From: Guillardia theta CCMP2712
Taxonomy: Eukaryota; Protista; Cryptophyta
Length of the DNA: 64,000 bases
Direction: 5' to 3'
NCBI RefSeq assembly: GCF_000315625.1
Contig: NW_005434631.1
Coordinates: 62,001-126,000 of the forward strand
Part shown: piece by piece, positions 44,720 to 53,976 of the stretch
Position numbering within the stretch: the stretch's first letter is position 1
Layout: every line of letters starts with the position of its first letter
The notes under the pieces: model-generated
What the model saw: the letters and a program-made list of their open reading frames with translations, nothing else
Databases searched by the model: none
Told to the model about the DNA's origin: nothing
Made by a program: the position numbers and the translations under genes

Positions 44720-44771
44720 AAACTAGCAACACCTCAAGTACAATAATTATTCCCTAAAATAAAGGCAGGAT

Positions 44772-47141
44772 ATGGATTTTTATTTAAAGAGCCTATTGAA
44801 ACCATTTAATTATGACAAATTCAAGGACAATCTGAGAAAGGATTTATTTCCAAATGATCTTCCATTATACTTTACCGAAGCGATCAATATGAACGATGAA
44901 TTGTTCTTAAATATCATCAAATATGTATGTCAAGAGATAAATGATCTCCATGATGTGCATTATAAAAAAGAGCTGAAGTTGATATACAAATTCTTCTTGT
45001 GCTTCTTTTTGGTAAATATCAATGAATTTAAAGGATTGTTAAAGAAGGGAGAAATTGAGTATCTGAGCATTAGTGTACAAGAGATATTAACAATAAATCC
45101 CGATTTTGATAAGACGTGCAAATTGCCATATGAAACGAATACATTTGATAAAAAAAGCATTATCCATCCAGAACCATGGTATCTATCTGGAATAGATGAG
45201 GTAAAACACAATACGGCTGTAGCATTGATCCAAAAATTGATTAGGCATTTCTCATTCAATACCAACAATGTCAAGAAACTCATAGTCCAATATGGAGATG
45301 TGATGCACAAAACAGGATACAACACTAAAACCGTTACCAATATCAGAAACAAGCTTGACTTTGTTATAGGACTGTGTGACAAGAGAGATGGAATAATGCT
45401 GACAAGATACCTTGCTGCGTATACCGAAATATACATGGAGGGGATCAAAATAAACAAGAGGAAGAATGATTTAAAGAAATTGTTACAGGGCCCAGCTCCA
45501 ATAGATTTTAGGGCTGTGTTTAGATTATACAACCGTATAAAGAAATTGCAGCAAGAGATTTTTGATATATATGAAGAGAACGATGATCTGAATATGGATC
45601 CAGAAGAAGACAGGAAGATATCGAGAACATTGGATGCATTGTTGTATTCAGATGAATTAAAAGCTTTTTTAAAATCACACAAAGATGTCAATATTGAATT
45701 GGATGATGAGGAGCATATAAGGCTTCTTAGATCCTTGACAGAGAGCAGGAAATCATCATCCTCCAGATCATCGAGAAGAAATTCTTCCAATGAGAGATAC
45801 AGCTGGATGGACAACCTCAAATCTTCGTCATCCTCACCATCCGCCATATTCAGCATGCAATCTAAGCTGTCGAGGCTTGTGAGCAGTGCATACAAGAAGG
45901 AGAGCAGCAACAATGCAAGGTTCTCGAAGGCATTCTTTAAGGTGCTCAAGGAGGCCATGCTCCTAAGGCAGAATGCTCTATCTAAGAAGGGGAAGAATAG
46001 GACTGTCACATTCTTTCAGACAAACACACATCGTGTGGATGATGCAATACCTGGAATTCATGAACAAAAGTATGTAGAATCTATACAGAAACTAGAGGTG
46101 ATGCTGAATGATAAGAATGAACCACCAATGTTCTTGAGGTTTTACTTCCCCGATCTATATCAGATGGTTCTACAGGATCCAACAAAGACTGTATATGAGA
46201 ATGAGAACAAGAGAGAATTCCTCCTGATTCAAAAGAGGATTATAGATGAGTTGGATGAGAGAGACAAGCTTGTGTTGAAGGCTTGGACCTATAATGGGAA
46301 CAATGCCATCAATAGATTGTTGACATACCTGTTTGATACAAAATGCATCAAGATGTTTAAATTGGAACTGAAGCAAGAAGACATAGATGGTGCCATAGCC
46401 TATTTCTGCAATATAAAGATATTGAAAAGGCTTGGATACTTTGAGGGAATGGATGATCCAATAGAGGCCTTGAAAGCAAACAACTACAGCCAACTGCAAG
46501 AGATCATGACATCATACATATCTGATCTGTACAGGATAGCAGATGTTGTAAAGAGCAGAACACTACAGGTATTTGGAGAGGATGCAATAGAGAGAGCAAA
46601 TATATATGTTTTCAGAGGACAGACAGACAAGAACAAATGTCAAAAGAAAGATTATGAGTGCATCCTTTCAACATCACTAAATTTTTATAAGGCATTGTTC
46701 TTTCTAGATACAGCAAAACCAGAACCAAACAGAGAGGGGACCATAAATGGCAATATGTACATATACAGATTGACCAAGGACATGCCATTCATATATATAA
46801 TGCCCATAAGCATTTATCCATCCGAGCAGGAGATTTTATTGCTCCCAAAGGACAAGGATAAATTCTTAAACAAGTTGAAAACACCTATGATAAAACCAAG
46901 CTATAAATCATTATCAGCATCTTCCAGTTCAGATAGCGCAATGGAAAACATGCTCATGAATAGTATAAAAGAGAAAGAAGACATCATAAGAAATAGAAAT
47001 ATACCATTGTTAAGATGCATTGTGCATGAACATTATGATAACAATGCAATGAGGACCATTGAAACAGCAAATTATAAATTTCAGGATAACATGAATATCA
47101 GGTTGAGCATTTGCTGGCACAATTCGAACAGTTTTCCATAA
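44772..47141 (+). CDS. Large protein with C-terminal VIP2/Alt-like mono-ADP-ribosyltransferase domain
   Basis: LKAWTYNGNNAINRLL (cf. YT...INxxL), YVFRGQ (R), ILSTSLN (STS), SEQEILL (ExE). Confidence 0.72.
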   Translation: MDFYLKSLLKPFNYDKFKDNLRKDLFPNDLPLYFTEAINMNDELFLNIIKYVCQEINDLHDVHYKKELKLIYKFFLCFFLVNINEFKGLLKKGEIEYLSISVQEILTINPDFDKTCKLPYETNTFDKKSIIHPEPWYLSGIDEVKHNTAVALIQKLIRHFSFNTNNVKKLIVQYGDVMHKTGYNTKTVTNIRNKLDFVIGLCDKRDGIMLTRYLAAYTEIYMEGIKINKRKNDLKKLLQGPAPIDFRAVFRLYNRIKKLQQEIFDIYEENDDLNMDPEEDRKISRTLDALLYSDELKAFLKSHKDVNIELDDEEHIRLLRSLTESRKSSSSRSSRRNSSNERYSWMDNLKSSSSSPSAIFSMQSKLSRLVSSAYKKESSNNARFSKAFFKVLKEAMLLRQNALSKKGKNRTVTFFQTNTHRVDDAIPGIHEQKYVESIQKLEVMLNDKNEPPMFLRFYFPDLYQMVLQDPTKTVYENENKREFLLIQKRIIDELDERDKLVLKAWTYNGNNAINRLLTYLFDTKCIKMFKLELKQEDIDGAIAYFCNIKILKRLGYFEGMDDPIEALKANNYSQLQEIMTSYISDLYRIADVVKSRTLQVFGEDAIERANIYVFRGQTDKNKCQKKDYECILSTSLNFYKALFFLDTAKPEPNREGTINGNMYIYRLTKDMPFIYIMPISIYPSEQEILLLPKDKDKFLNKLKTPMIKPSYKSLSASSSSDSAMENMLMNSIKEKEDIIRNRNIPLLRCIVHEHYDNNAMRTIETANYKFQDNMNIRLSICWHNSNSFP

Positions 47142-47361
47142 ATTTGTGAGAAATACAATTGATCAGCCTCAGAAGATATGTAGTTTATAGTCTGTACATA
47201 ACGAGCGTTGCACAGATATATTGTGTTGCTGTTCTCGCCAAATCCACCGAAAATATCTCCCATTATTCTAAAAGTGTAGAATATATGCAATAGATTTTTG
47301 ATCAAACATGCATAAAGATATATATGAAATGACATAGATTGATCCATATTTTATTGATTTT

Positions 47362-48093
47362 TCAATAACAGACTTTACAATAATACCTTGTACTATCATA
47401 TTCATCTTCTTTCAAACAAAATATACAAAATAACCTATCACAGCCATAACAATAATGCTTGGGATCGTCATAGTCAAATAGAAATCTACAACTGTGGCAT
47501 GCCGGTCTCGCTTCTACATAGCGCGTGAAGATATGTTCTACAAGGTCTTCTGGAAACAACCTACAATCCTTGAGAGCTCTCTCAAATGATATCATTGCAT
47601 CATTGTACATATCCCATCGTGTTCCATAGTACCATGTGCAATGAGAAGAACAGAGTGGATACTCACAACACGTATCGCATAGCCTAGCAACGCAATCTTT
47701 CTCAAGATAATCCTCTCCACATGCACACTTGTTCTTATGCTGGATACACTCGTTGTCATTGCAACAAGCAATGCACAGCCTGTGCTTGCATCTCTCATCG
47801 GACATCTTTCCACAAGAGCATATGCTTAGATTGAGATGGATTGGACATGCTCTCTTCTTACAACAACTCTTGCAACAACCCGATATGCAACCATCATTGT
47901 ATCTATATATAGCACATTGAGAGCATGTGTTTGGCAACCCCTTGTATATAGATTGCACTCTCTTTAGCTTTCTTCGACATGGCAGGACCACCTCTGAGTT
48001 GCTATGCACAACACATGCCATATCTTTACAACACATCCTACAACTCAATGTGAAGCACATATAATTGGTTTTGTTGCATTCGCATCTATACAT
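47362..48093 (-). CDS. Cysteine-rich repeat protein (CxC...CxxCC...CxxH) with Zn-finger-like C-terminus
   Basis: Four repeats such as CSCGKMSDERCKHRLCIACCNDNECIQH; LFPEDLVEHIF is F-box-like. Confidence 0.65.
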   Translation of the reverse strand: MYRCECNKTNYMCFTLSCRMCCKDMACVVHSNSEVVLPCRRKLKRVQSIYKGLPNTCSQCAIYRYNDGCISGCCKSCCKKRACPIHLNLSICSCGKMSDERCKHRLCIACCNDNECIQHKNKCACGEDYLEKDCVARLCDTCCEYPLCSSHCTWYYGTRWDMYNDAMISFERALKDCRLFPEDLVEHIFTRYVEARPACHSCRFLFDYDDPKHYCYGCDRLFCIFCLKEDEYDSTRYYCKVCY

Positions 48094-48320
48094 CTATGTT
48101 AGGTTTTACTGTGAAGGCTGGGAGTGGGTCAGTGAAAAATGGCATCAATTATTATTATGGTTCATCTCTTTATGTGCCAATGAATGAATGGATGTGATAT
48201 CTATGTCAGGTTAAGGCGTTGTTAAAAAATGCTTCTAATAGATACAAGTCTATTTGAGATAAAACTATCAGCTCAGGATGTAAAAATGATAACATAAAAT
48301 TGAAAGGAAACAACAAAGCA

Positions 48321-49400
48321 ATGCTGTCGTTTGAGGAGAGGATAAGGAGGTATGTCAAGAAGAGCAAGAACAAGACCATCAAGAAAGATACATTGGATTT
48401 CATATCTGAAATATTGAAGAGATTTCTGGATAGATTGATTGACAGGAGCTTGCAGATTATGGAAGAGTGCAGAAGAAAATCATTCAAGGGACGGGTTATC
48501 TGTAATGGGACTGTATACATGATCCCAACATTCCTAATAGAGTTTGGTGTATCTCAGCATACCTGTGATGTAACAGCATCCTATGAGCGCATGTTGGAAA
48601 AGGGACTTACAGAACTTGAGGCACTGAAGAGGGCAAGAGGGATGGCATTCAATGTTGACATGTACAAGGAAATAATAGAGAGCAAAGCCAAGAATAATAT
48701 CAGAGTGAAGATGGATGCCTACATTGTTCTTGATGCTACAATGAAGTATGCTATAAACACGCTGTTCGATGAGATACAGAGTGGATGCAGCAGATCCGAT
48801 GTGAGCGATGCCATCATCAGAGAGATGCTCTTGAGATACATCTTGGGCCCATTCATAGATCTAAAGCCAACACCATACAAGAGAACAAGAATAGTGAGTG
48901 AGTATGACATATTGGATGATAAGAGCCAAGATCAGCTGATGAAGAATAATCACCATGATATGATTAGATTGGGCAGAGGGACCCATGCAATGATAAAAGA
49001 GAATGTTGTGGCATACATGGATGAGGTCATGAGAGCAGTATTGGATGTGAGCGAGGGGAAAGAGGTCCTGGGTGTAGAGGATTGCATATCCGGGATCAAT
49101 CAGAAGAACATACGCATAGAGATGGTAAATGATATGAGAATTGTTATAGAGAATGCAAAGAAGCACAAATATGGTTATACTCCAGAATCATATGAGGAAT
49201 TGAAGTCATTTACAGATGAGATCCTGAAGACATATGGATGTGAGGTCATATTGGATGAGGAGGCAAAATGGTTGATTTATTGTATCTACAAGGAGTATCT
49301 GTTCAGATTGTTTGAAGCCATAACGGATATAGTGTTGATGGAGAATTTGGATGTTGCAAGGAGAAAAGATGTGATGTTTGTCATAGAATGCCAAAAATAA
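48321..49400 (+). CDS. Divergent single-chain histone quadruplet H2B-H2A-H4-H3
   Basis: Four consecutive histone-fold-like segments alignable by eye to H2B, H2A, H4 and H3 (details in findings). ATG at 48321. Confidence 0.72.
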   Translation: MLSFEERIRRYVKKSKNKTIKKDTLDFISEILKRFLDRLIDRSLQIMEECRRKSFKGRVICNGTVYMIPTFLIEFGVSQHTCDVTASYERMLEKGLTELEALKRARGMAFNVDMYKEIIESKAKNNIRVKMDAYIVLDATMKYAINTLFDEIQSGCSRSDVSDAIIREMLLRYILGPFIDLKPTPYKRTRIVSEYDILDDKSQDQLMKNNHHDMIRLGRGTHAMIKENVVAYMDEVMRAVLDVSEGKEVLGVEDCISGINQKNIRIEMVNDMRIVIENAKKHKYGYTPESYEELKSFTDEILKTYGCEVILDEEAKWLIYCIYKEYLFRLFEAITDIVLMENLDVARRKDVMFVIECQK

Positions 49401-49523
49401 ATAAATATGCATATATATCAAAGATATTTTTTATATTTTCATAATGTTTTGCAGCAAGCAATACATGGTGTTCATCATATCAAAAATGATATAAACATAT
49501 ATGGTTATTAGGCATAAAGAAAT

Positions 49524-49991
49524 ATGGCACAAAATAGCGCAACGTATTATGAAAAATTCATGGATATGTCTAATCAGATATATGAACTAAAGGACAAGCT
49601 ATCTGATTTAGAATACAAGAACCTGAATGAAACATTGTCTGAACTAAGAACCTGTCAAAAGAATGCTCAATTGCATATCTTCAGATATTATCATCAATAC
49701 TTTGTTCCTTACACACAATACAATGATGATGGATGTCTTGAATTGATAAACAACCTAAAAATAGATGAGGAGTGTATTGTATGTACAATCGATGAAGAGA
49801 TACTTAGACATCCATTGAATAGATTGATGCATAAATTGCATGTCTTCAAGCAGAGTGCTAAGATACCACATCTGGAATATCTACATTCTGATAAGAACAT
49901 TGAATTTATTGATACCATCCAAAAAGGTAAATCAAGCGATATGGTGGAATATGTTAACATCATCCCTATTTCACTTGAACCATTGAGATAA
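49524..49991 (+). CDS. Hypothetical protein
   Basis: ATG ORF with the upstream AAAAATGA motif. Confidence 0.6.
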   Translation: MAQNSATYYEKFMDMSNQIYELKDKLSDLEYKNLNETLSELRTCQKNAQLHIFRYYHQYFVPYTQYNDDGCLELINNLKIDEECIVCTIDEEILRHPLNRLMHKLHVFKQSAKIPHLEYLHSDKNIEFIDTIQKGKSSDMVEYVNIIPISLEPLR

Positions 49992-50030
49992 AAATGATCA
50001 TCAATATTTCTTAGAGATAGACCAAACAAG

Positions 50031-50390
50031 ATGAATGCCATTACAGATATAATCGGTACAATCTATCTCAAGTTTATACAGAATTGCGTGCCTGTTGCTA
50101 AGTTGCTCGCTATACTGTTCAATCTTCCGACATGGGTGTATTACCTATTCCTTGGATTGTTCGTGTTATCATTGTGCACACCACCTAATGATAACAAGAA
50201 GACAACAAGACACCATAAATCAACCAAGATTGATCCTAAGGCAGACACAGAAGATAATCTATCCATGGAACACGAGATCAACCAGCTTAAACAACACATC
50301 GATAATCTTAATCGGGACATGTATAGGACCAAGAGATACGTATTAAAGCTTTACGAGAAATCTATGCATATGAGCATCGTTGATTACTAG
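50031..50390 (+). CDS. Hypothetical membrane protein with coiled coil
   Basis: Hydrophobic N-terminal half, then LSMEHEINQLKQHIDNLNRD. Confidence 0.6.
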   Translation: MNAITDIIGTIYLKFIQNCVPVAKLLAILFNLPTWVYYLFLGLFVLSLCTPPNDNKKTTRHHKSTKIDPKADTEDNLSMEHEINQLKQHIDNLNRDMYRTKRYVLKLYEKSMHMSIVDY

Positions 50391-50456
50391 ATCTGTTTAG
50401 ATATATAAAAATACATGTTGAAAATGAATTTCTGTTTTTTTATTTCAATTACTCAT

Positions 50457-50888
50457 ATGGAAGAGTTTATTGAAATATTTGATGCAATCAACCTAGAATC
50501 AACCATAATAAACCCTGTAAAGGACTTGATATTTGATCAATACATCAAGCTATGCGAGAAAGATCTAATAGACACCCATTTTGATTGTGAGTTGTGTGAG
50601 AGCAGGTGTCCTAAAGAGACAAGGTTCCAAAACTTTGATATATGCAATGATTGTGTTGCTGAATATGTTTATTGGAGATGTTCTCAATGTGATTATGAAT
50701 TCAAGTTGGATGATATTGCTTGTATATTGTATGTGAATGAGAAGAACATATATCATAACATGGCATATTGCCATGAATGTGCAGATGACCTACAATTCTT
50801 CATATGCGATCATTGCCATATGCGTTTGCATGTATGTAAAGAGTTTGATGACAATTGTTGTGATCACTGTTATTTTCAGAGAGAATAG
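50457..50888 (+). CDS. CxxC-rich Zn-binding protein
   Basis: Six CxxC pairs (CELC, CNDC, CSQC, CHEC, CDHC twice). Confidence 0.6.
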   Translation: MEEFIEIFDAINLESTIINPVKDLIFDQYIKLCEKDLIDTHFDCELCESRCPKETRFQNFDICNDCVAEYVYWRCSQCDYEFKLDDIACILYVNEKNIYHNMAYCHECADDLQFFICDHCHMRLHVCKEFDDNCCDHCYFQRE

Positions 50889-51099
50889 ATTGTATATTCA
50901 TAACTTTACATATGCTTCAAGATCAACTTTTTTAGCTCTCTGTGCTCTAATGAATTTCATTGAATATAACATTATCCTGTATAAATCTTTTATCACACTA
51001 CCATATATATTTATGTATGTTGCATTTGCACAATTTTAAGCAAAAAATGAATTGGGTATCTCTTTTTATATCATGATTACGACACACGAACAGGCTTAA

Positions 51100-52641
51100 A
51101 TGTTGAGAAAACTTTTTCAAAGGAATACAAAAGAAGATAATAAGGTTTCGGTAAAGACAGAAGAAAACACAAAAGAAGATAATAAGGTTTCGATGAAGAC
51201 AGAAGGCAGTCAAAACGAGGCTGAACAGGTTATAAGACTAAAATACAATAAACTAAAAAGAAAGAGTTCTTCAAAACCTGAAACAAGAAAAGAGAAAATG
51301 CCTACAATCAAACACAATAACAGCTCAATGAAGAATGATAGATTGAAAGAAGAGGAGGAAGACTGGCATGTGGAAAAGAGAATCCGTGTGGCAAATCAGA
51401 AAAAGGAAACCGAATATCACAGAAAGATACATAAGATAAGAAATTCTCTTACAAGACAACAATTTGTAGAAGAAAACATTAGAAAATATTCTGTGAAGGC
51501 TATCCATAGAGAAGATGAAACAAGTGTTATTGTTGTAAAATCTAATCACACAGGCACCAAGCACAAAATCAAACTGTCTGATGGGATTGGAATTCCATCT
51601 ATCAGTCTCTCAAGGCTCTGCAAGATGGATAAGTCGGGTGTCTTTGATTGCTTGATCTGTAACAACAGCATGTCAAATCAACCCAATAAAACAAATGATG
51701 AGGTTCATCTTGTCATGGGTAAAGAGAACATCTCCTACTTTTCCAATGATGATGACGCTTCGCTTCATGTAGGCAACATTGTAAGATCTGTGGATCATCT
51801 TGAGAAGGATCGATTTGTCTTTGATAGCACATGTGGGATCGATATGACAAAGAGAATTGATGAGAGAGAGGTCCCTGTAAGCCTGCAAAACATCCTTCAA
51901 TATTGCAAACACTTTGTCAATAGCAATATTGCTCAACAGACCTTATCCTTCTCCGTGTATGAGTCCTATATGTCTGTCAAGAAAGAGTTCAAGAGCAGGA
52001 CTGAGAGGCATATCACATTCCCTATGATGTTCATTGATGTTAAAACAAATGATGATCAACAATTCAACTTCAAGGCCCTCTTATGGAAAAAGAAGAAGAA
52101 CTCACGATATCTTGGTGCCAAGGAGGGAAGCCTTGAGGTCATCAACATGCCCTCGTATCATGAACGCAATCCATGCCTATCTGCCTTCTACTTCCCATTG
52201 CCTATGTTCTCATTCTTCCTTTCAAGAGGATTTCTTATTGACTTTGTTTGGGAGGATGAATTGCCACCATATAAAGGACGTATATATAAGGAGGATCGTT
52301 ATGATGATGAGGAGATTGCATACAGCATCAAATCAATCCGAAATGTGGTATTTCATTCTCCTAGGAGCATCCTAGAGAAAGAAGCAATCATGGTCCTTGT
52401 TGATTGGGAGATCCCTGAACACAATGAGGGTGTCTTTTCAGAGGAACCCAATGATAAGTCATATCTTTCATGGATAAGCATCTCTAATCTTGTATCTTAT
52501 AACTGTCTTATGCAATATTTCAAATTTAGAGCTCCATTTATGAGAGATCCCATCAGCAAGAATGTTTATCCTAAGGATTTCACAGGGCTCATCAATCCAA
52601 CAACCACTGATGAGGAGGACTATCTTTCTAGGTTCAATTAG
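51100..52641 (+). CDS. Hypothetical protein with C-terminal chromodomain-like segment
   Basis: YSIKSI...VLVDW...SWISISNL..LMQYF resembles the chromo pattern YxVExI...YLVKW...TWEPxxNL...LIxxF. Confidence 0.5.
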   Translation: MLRKLFQRNTKEDNKVSVKTEENTKEDNKVSMKTEGSQNEAEQVIRLKYNKLKRKSSSKPETRKEKMPTIKHNNSSMKNDRLKEEEEDWHVEKRIRVANQKKETEYHRKIHKIRNSLTRQQFVEENIRKYSVKAIHREDETSVIVVKSNHTGTKHKIKLSDGIGIPSISLSRLCKMDKSGVFDCLICNNSMSNQPNKTNDEVHLVMGKENISYFSNDDDASLHVGNIVRSVDHLEKDRFVFDSTCGIDMTKRIDEREVPVSLQNILQYCKHFVNSNIAQQTLSFSVYESYMSVKKEFKSRTERHITFPMMFIDVKTNDDQQFNFKALLWKKKKNSRYLGAKEGSLEVINMPSYHERNPCLSAFYFPLPMFSFFLSRGFLIDFVWEDELPPYKGRIYKEDRYDDEEIAYSIKSIRNVVFHSPRSILEKEAIMVLVDWEIPEHNEGVFSEEPNDKSYLSWISISNLVSYNCLMQYFKFRAPFMRDPISKNVYPKDFTGLINPTTTDEEDYLSRFN

Positions 52642-53063
52642 TTCTTCCAATCACAACACAATTGATTATTTTTATATTTCTATCATCAATCAATACTATG
52701 GTTTGGCATGGTTTTATTGAATTATAAACGGAGTATCATTCAAGATGTTATCTGGTGCAGTTGTTCTTATTGCATCCTGAAAAATATTGTCATGTTTTGT
52801 GCCTGTTTCTGAACCTTTATCATTTGAAGTCTTTCACATACAATGGATCAATTAGATTTTTTATAAACATTTGTAGGATCATCTGATGTCTGCAATGGCA
52901 TTTCTCACTGTCGATATCCCATTTGCATATCTCTTTGTCCTTTTCACATGTCGATACTTCCTTGCCTTGATTTTATATATTGCATCATAAAAATGCAAGG
53001 TATAAAAAATTATAAACATGAAATGATCAATCATTAACCGCTGTTCCTAATACACTAAGGCAA

Positions 53064-53534
53064 ATGTCATCATATAATGTTGAATTAGATGAGATAGACC
53101 CAGGATTGTCACTTGATGATGGAATAGTGATACCAGTGGCAATACGGCCATCACTACGTTCTGGTCGATCATACTCAGATCTGTTTGCAGAGCTGGAACC
53201 GAACAATAAAAGGAGGAAAACAATTGGCAGTGGCTCTTTGAGCTCCTTTGAAGCTTTCATTAGACATCCAAGACCAGATGAACCAATTACAAAGCAAAAG
53301 ATTGCGAGGAAAGGACAGCAGATATGGAAGGACCTATATAAAAAGATGCAGAGAGAATTCAATGAAGCAGTATCCAATATTGAAACAACAACCAAGCAAC
53401 AGCTTATAAGAGACAATGTAAAATCAATCTTTCATAAAAACATGAAGAACAAGAACAGATGTATTTATATGTACCTAGAGATGTGCGAGATAAATGGATT
53501 GATAGACATTGTTAGAGATGATAGCAAGCCTTAG
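53064..53534 (+). CDS. Hypothetical protein, last ORF of the AT-rich block
   Basis: ATG ORF with NLS-like NKRRK. Confidence 0.55.
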   Translation: MSSYNVELDEIDPGLSLDDGIVIPVAIRPSLRSGRSYSDLFAELEPNNKRRKTIGSGSLSSFEAFIRHPRPDEPITKQKIARKGQQIWKDLYKKMQREFNEAVSNIETTTKQQLIRDNVKSIFHKNMKNKNRCIYMYLEMCEINGLIDIVRDDSKP

Positions 53535-53976
53535 ACCTTCCATACCCCTCCAAATCATGTTATATGAACCGGTATAATATAACCCCCACCCCCTCCATGG
53601 GACACTCACTCCTCAGTTCATGCCTTTCCGCAGATGCCGGCAGACCAAATCTAAAACTCATTTTATTATATTGAGTAAAAATACAGATAAAAGTTGTCAA
53701 CGCCGATCAATGGTCAATCAGCAAGTGATGGGCGAGGGCTGAAGATGGAGGGGGATGGAGTAGAAAACAATGCCGAGGAGGGGGAGATGAAGGGGAAGCG
53801 ATGGGGCAATGAGAAGATACCTCTGGAGATTGATGCGGCGACTTTGACTCTTGTGAGCAGGCGTTTTAACGGTTCCACCAGGCAAGGAAAGATTGCTGAT
53901 AACGAGTATCATCAAGAAGGACTCCGGGAAGTTCAATACGTCGCTGGTCCGGGTGATTGGCGGCAGGATTGGGAGC

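Larger units (their letters stand above)
33588..51050 (+). promoter_or_regulatory. Recurrent AAAAATGA putative viral early-promoter motif
   Basis: Motif starts at 33588, 34114, 48282, 49482, 49990 and 51043, each 39-57 bp before the ATG at 33638, 34158, 48321, 49524, 50031 and 51100. Partial versions at 50421 and 53021. Confidence 0.65.
13830..53690. mobile_element. Endogenous giant-virus-like (Nucleocytoviricota-like) element, ~40 kb
   Basis: Abrupt shift to AT-rich DNA with long intronless ORFs. Gene set typical of large DNA viruses (EsV-1-7 repeats, T5orf172, AEP-UL9 helicase, ParB, CoiA-like, IDW-repeat proteins, fused histones). Borders judged by composition, +/- about 100 bp; no TIR/TSD seen. 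Confidence 0.8.

Noticed and set aside
44960-46009. 349-aa antisense ORF inside the ART gene (and similar antisense ORFs over dynein and TTC21B)
   Set aside because: Shadow frames of real genes; no motifs and biased composition.
13800-53700. Polinton/virophage or a DNA transposon with TIRs
   Set aside because: No terminal inverted repeats, TSD, pPolB, integrase, packaging ATPase or capsid gene recognised.
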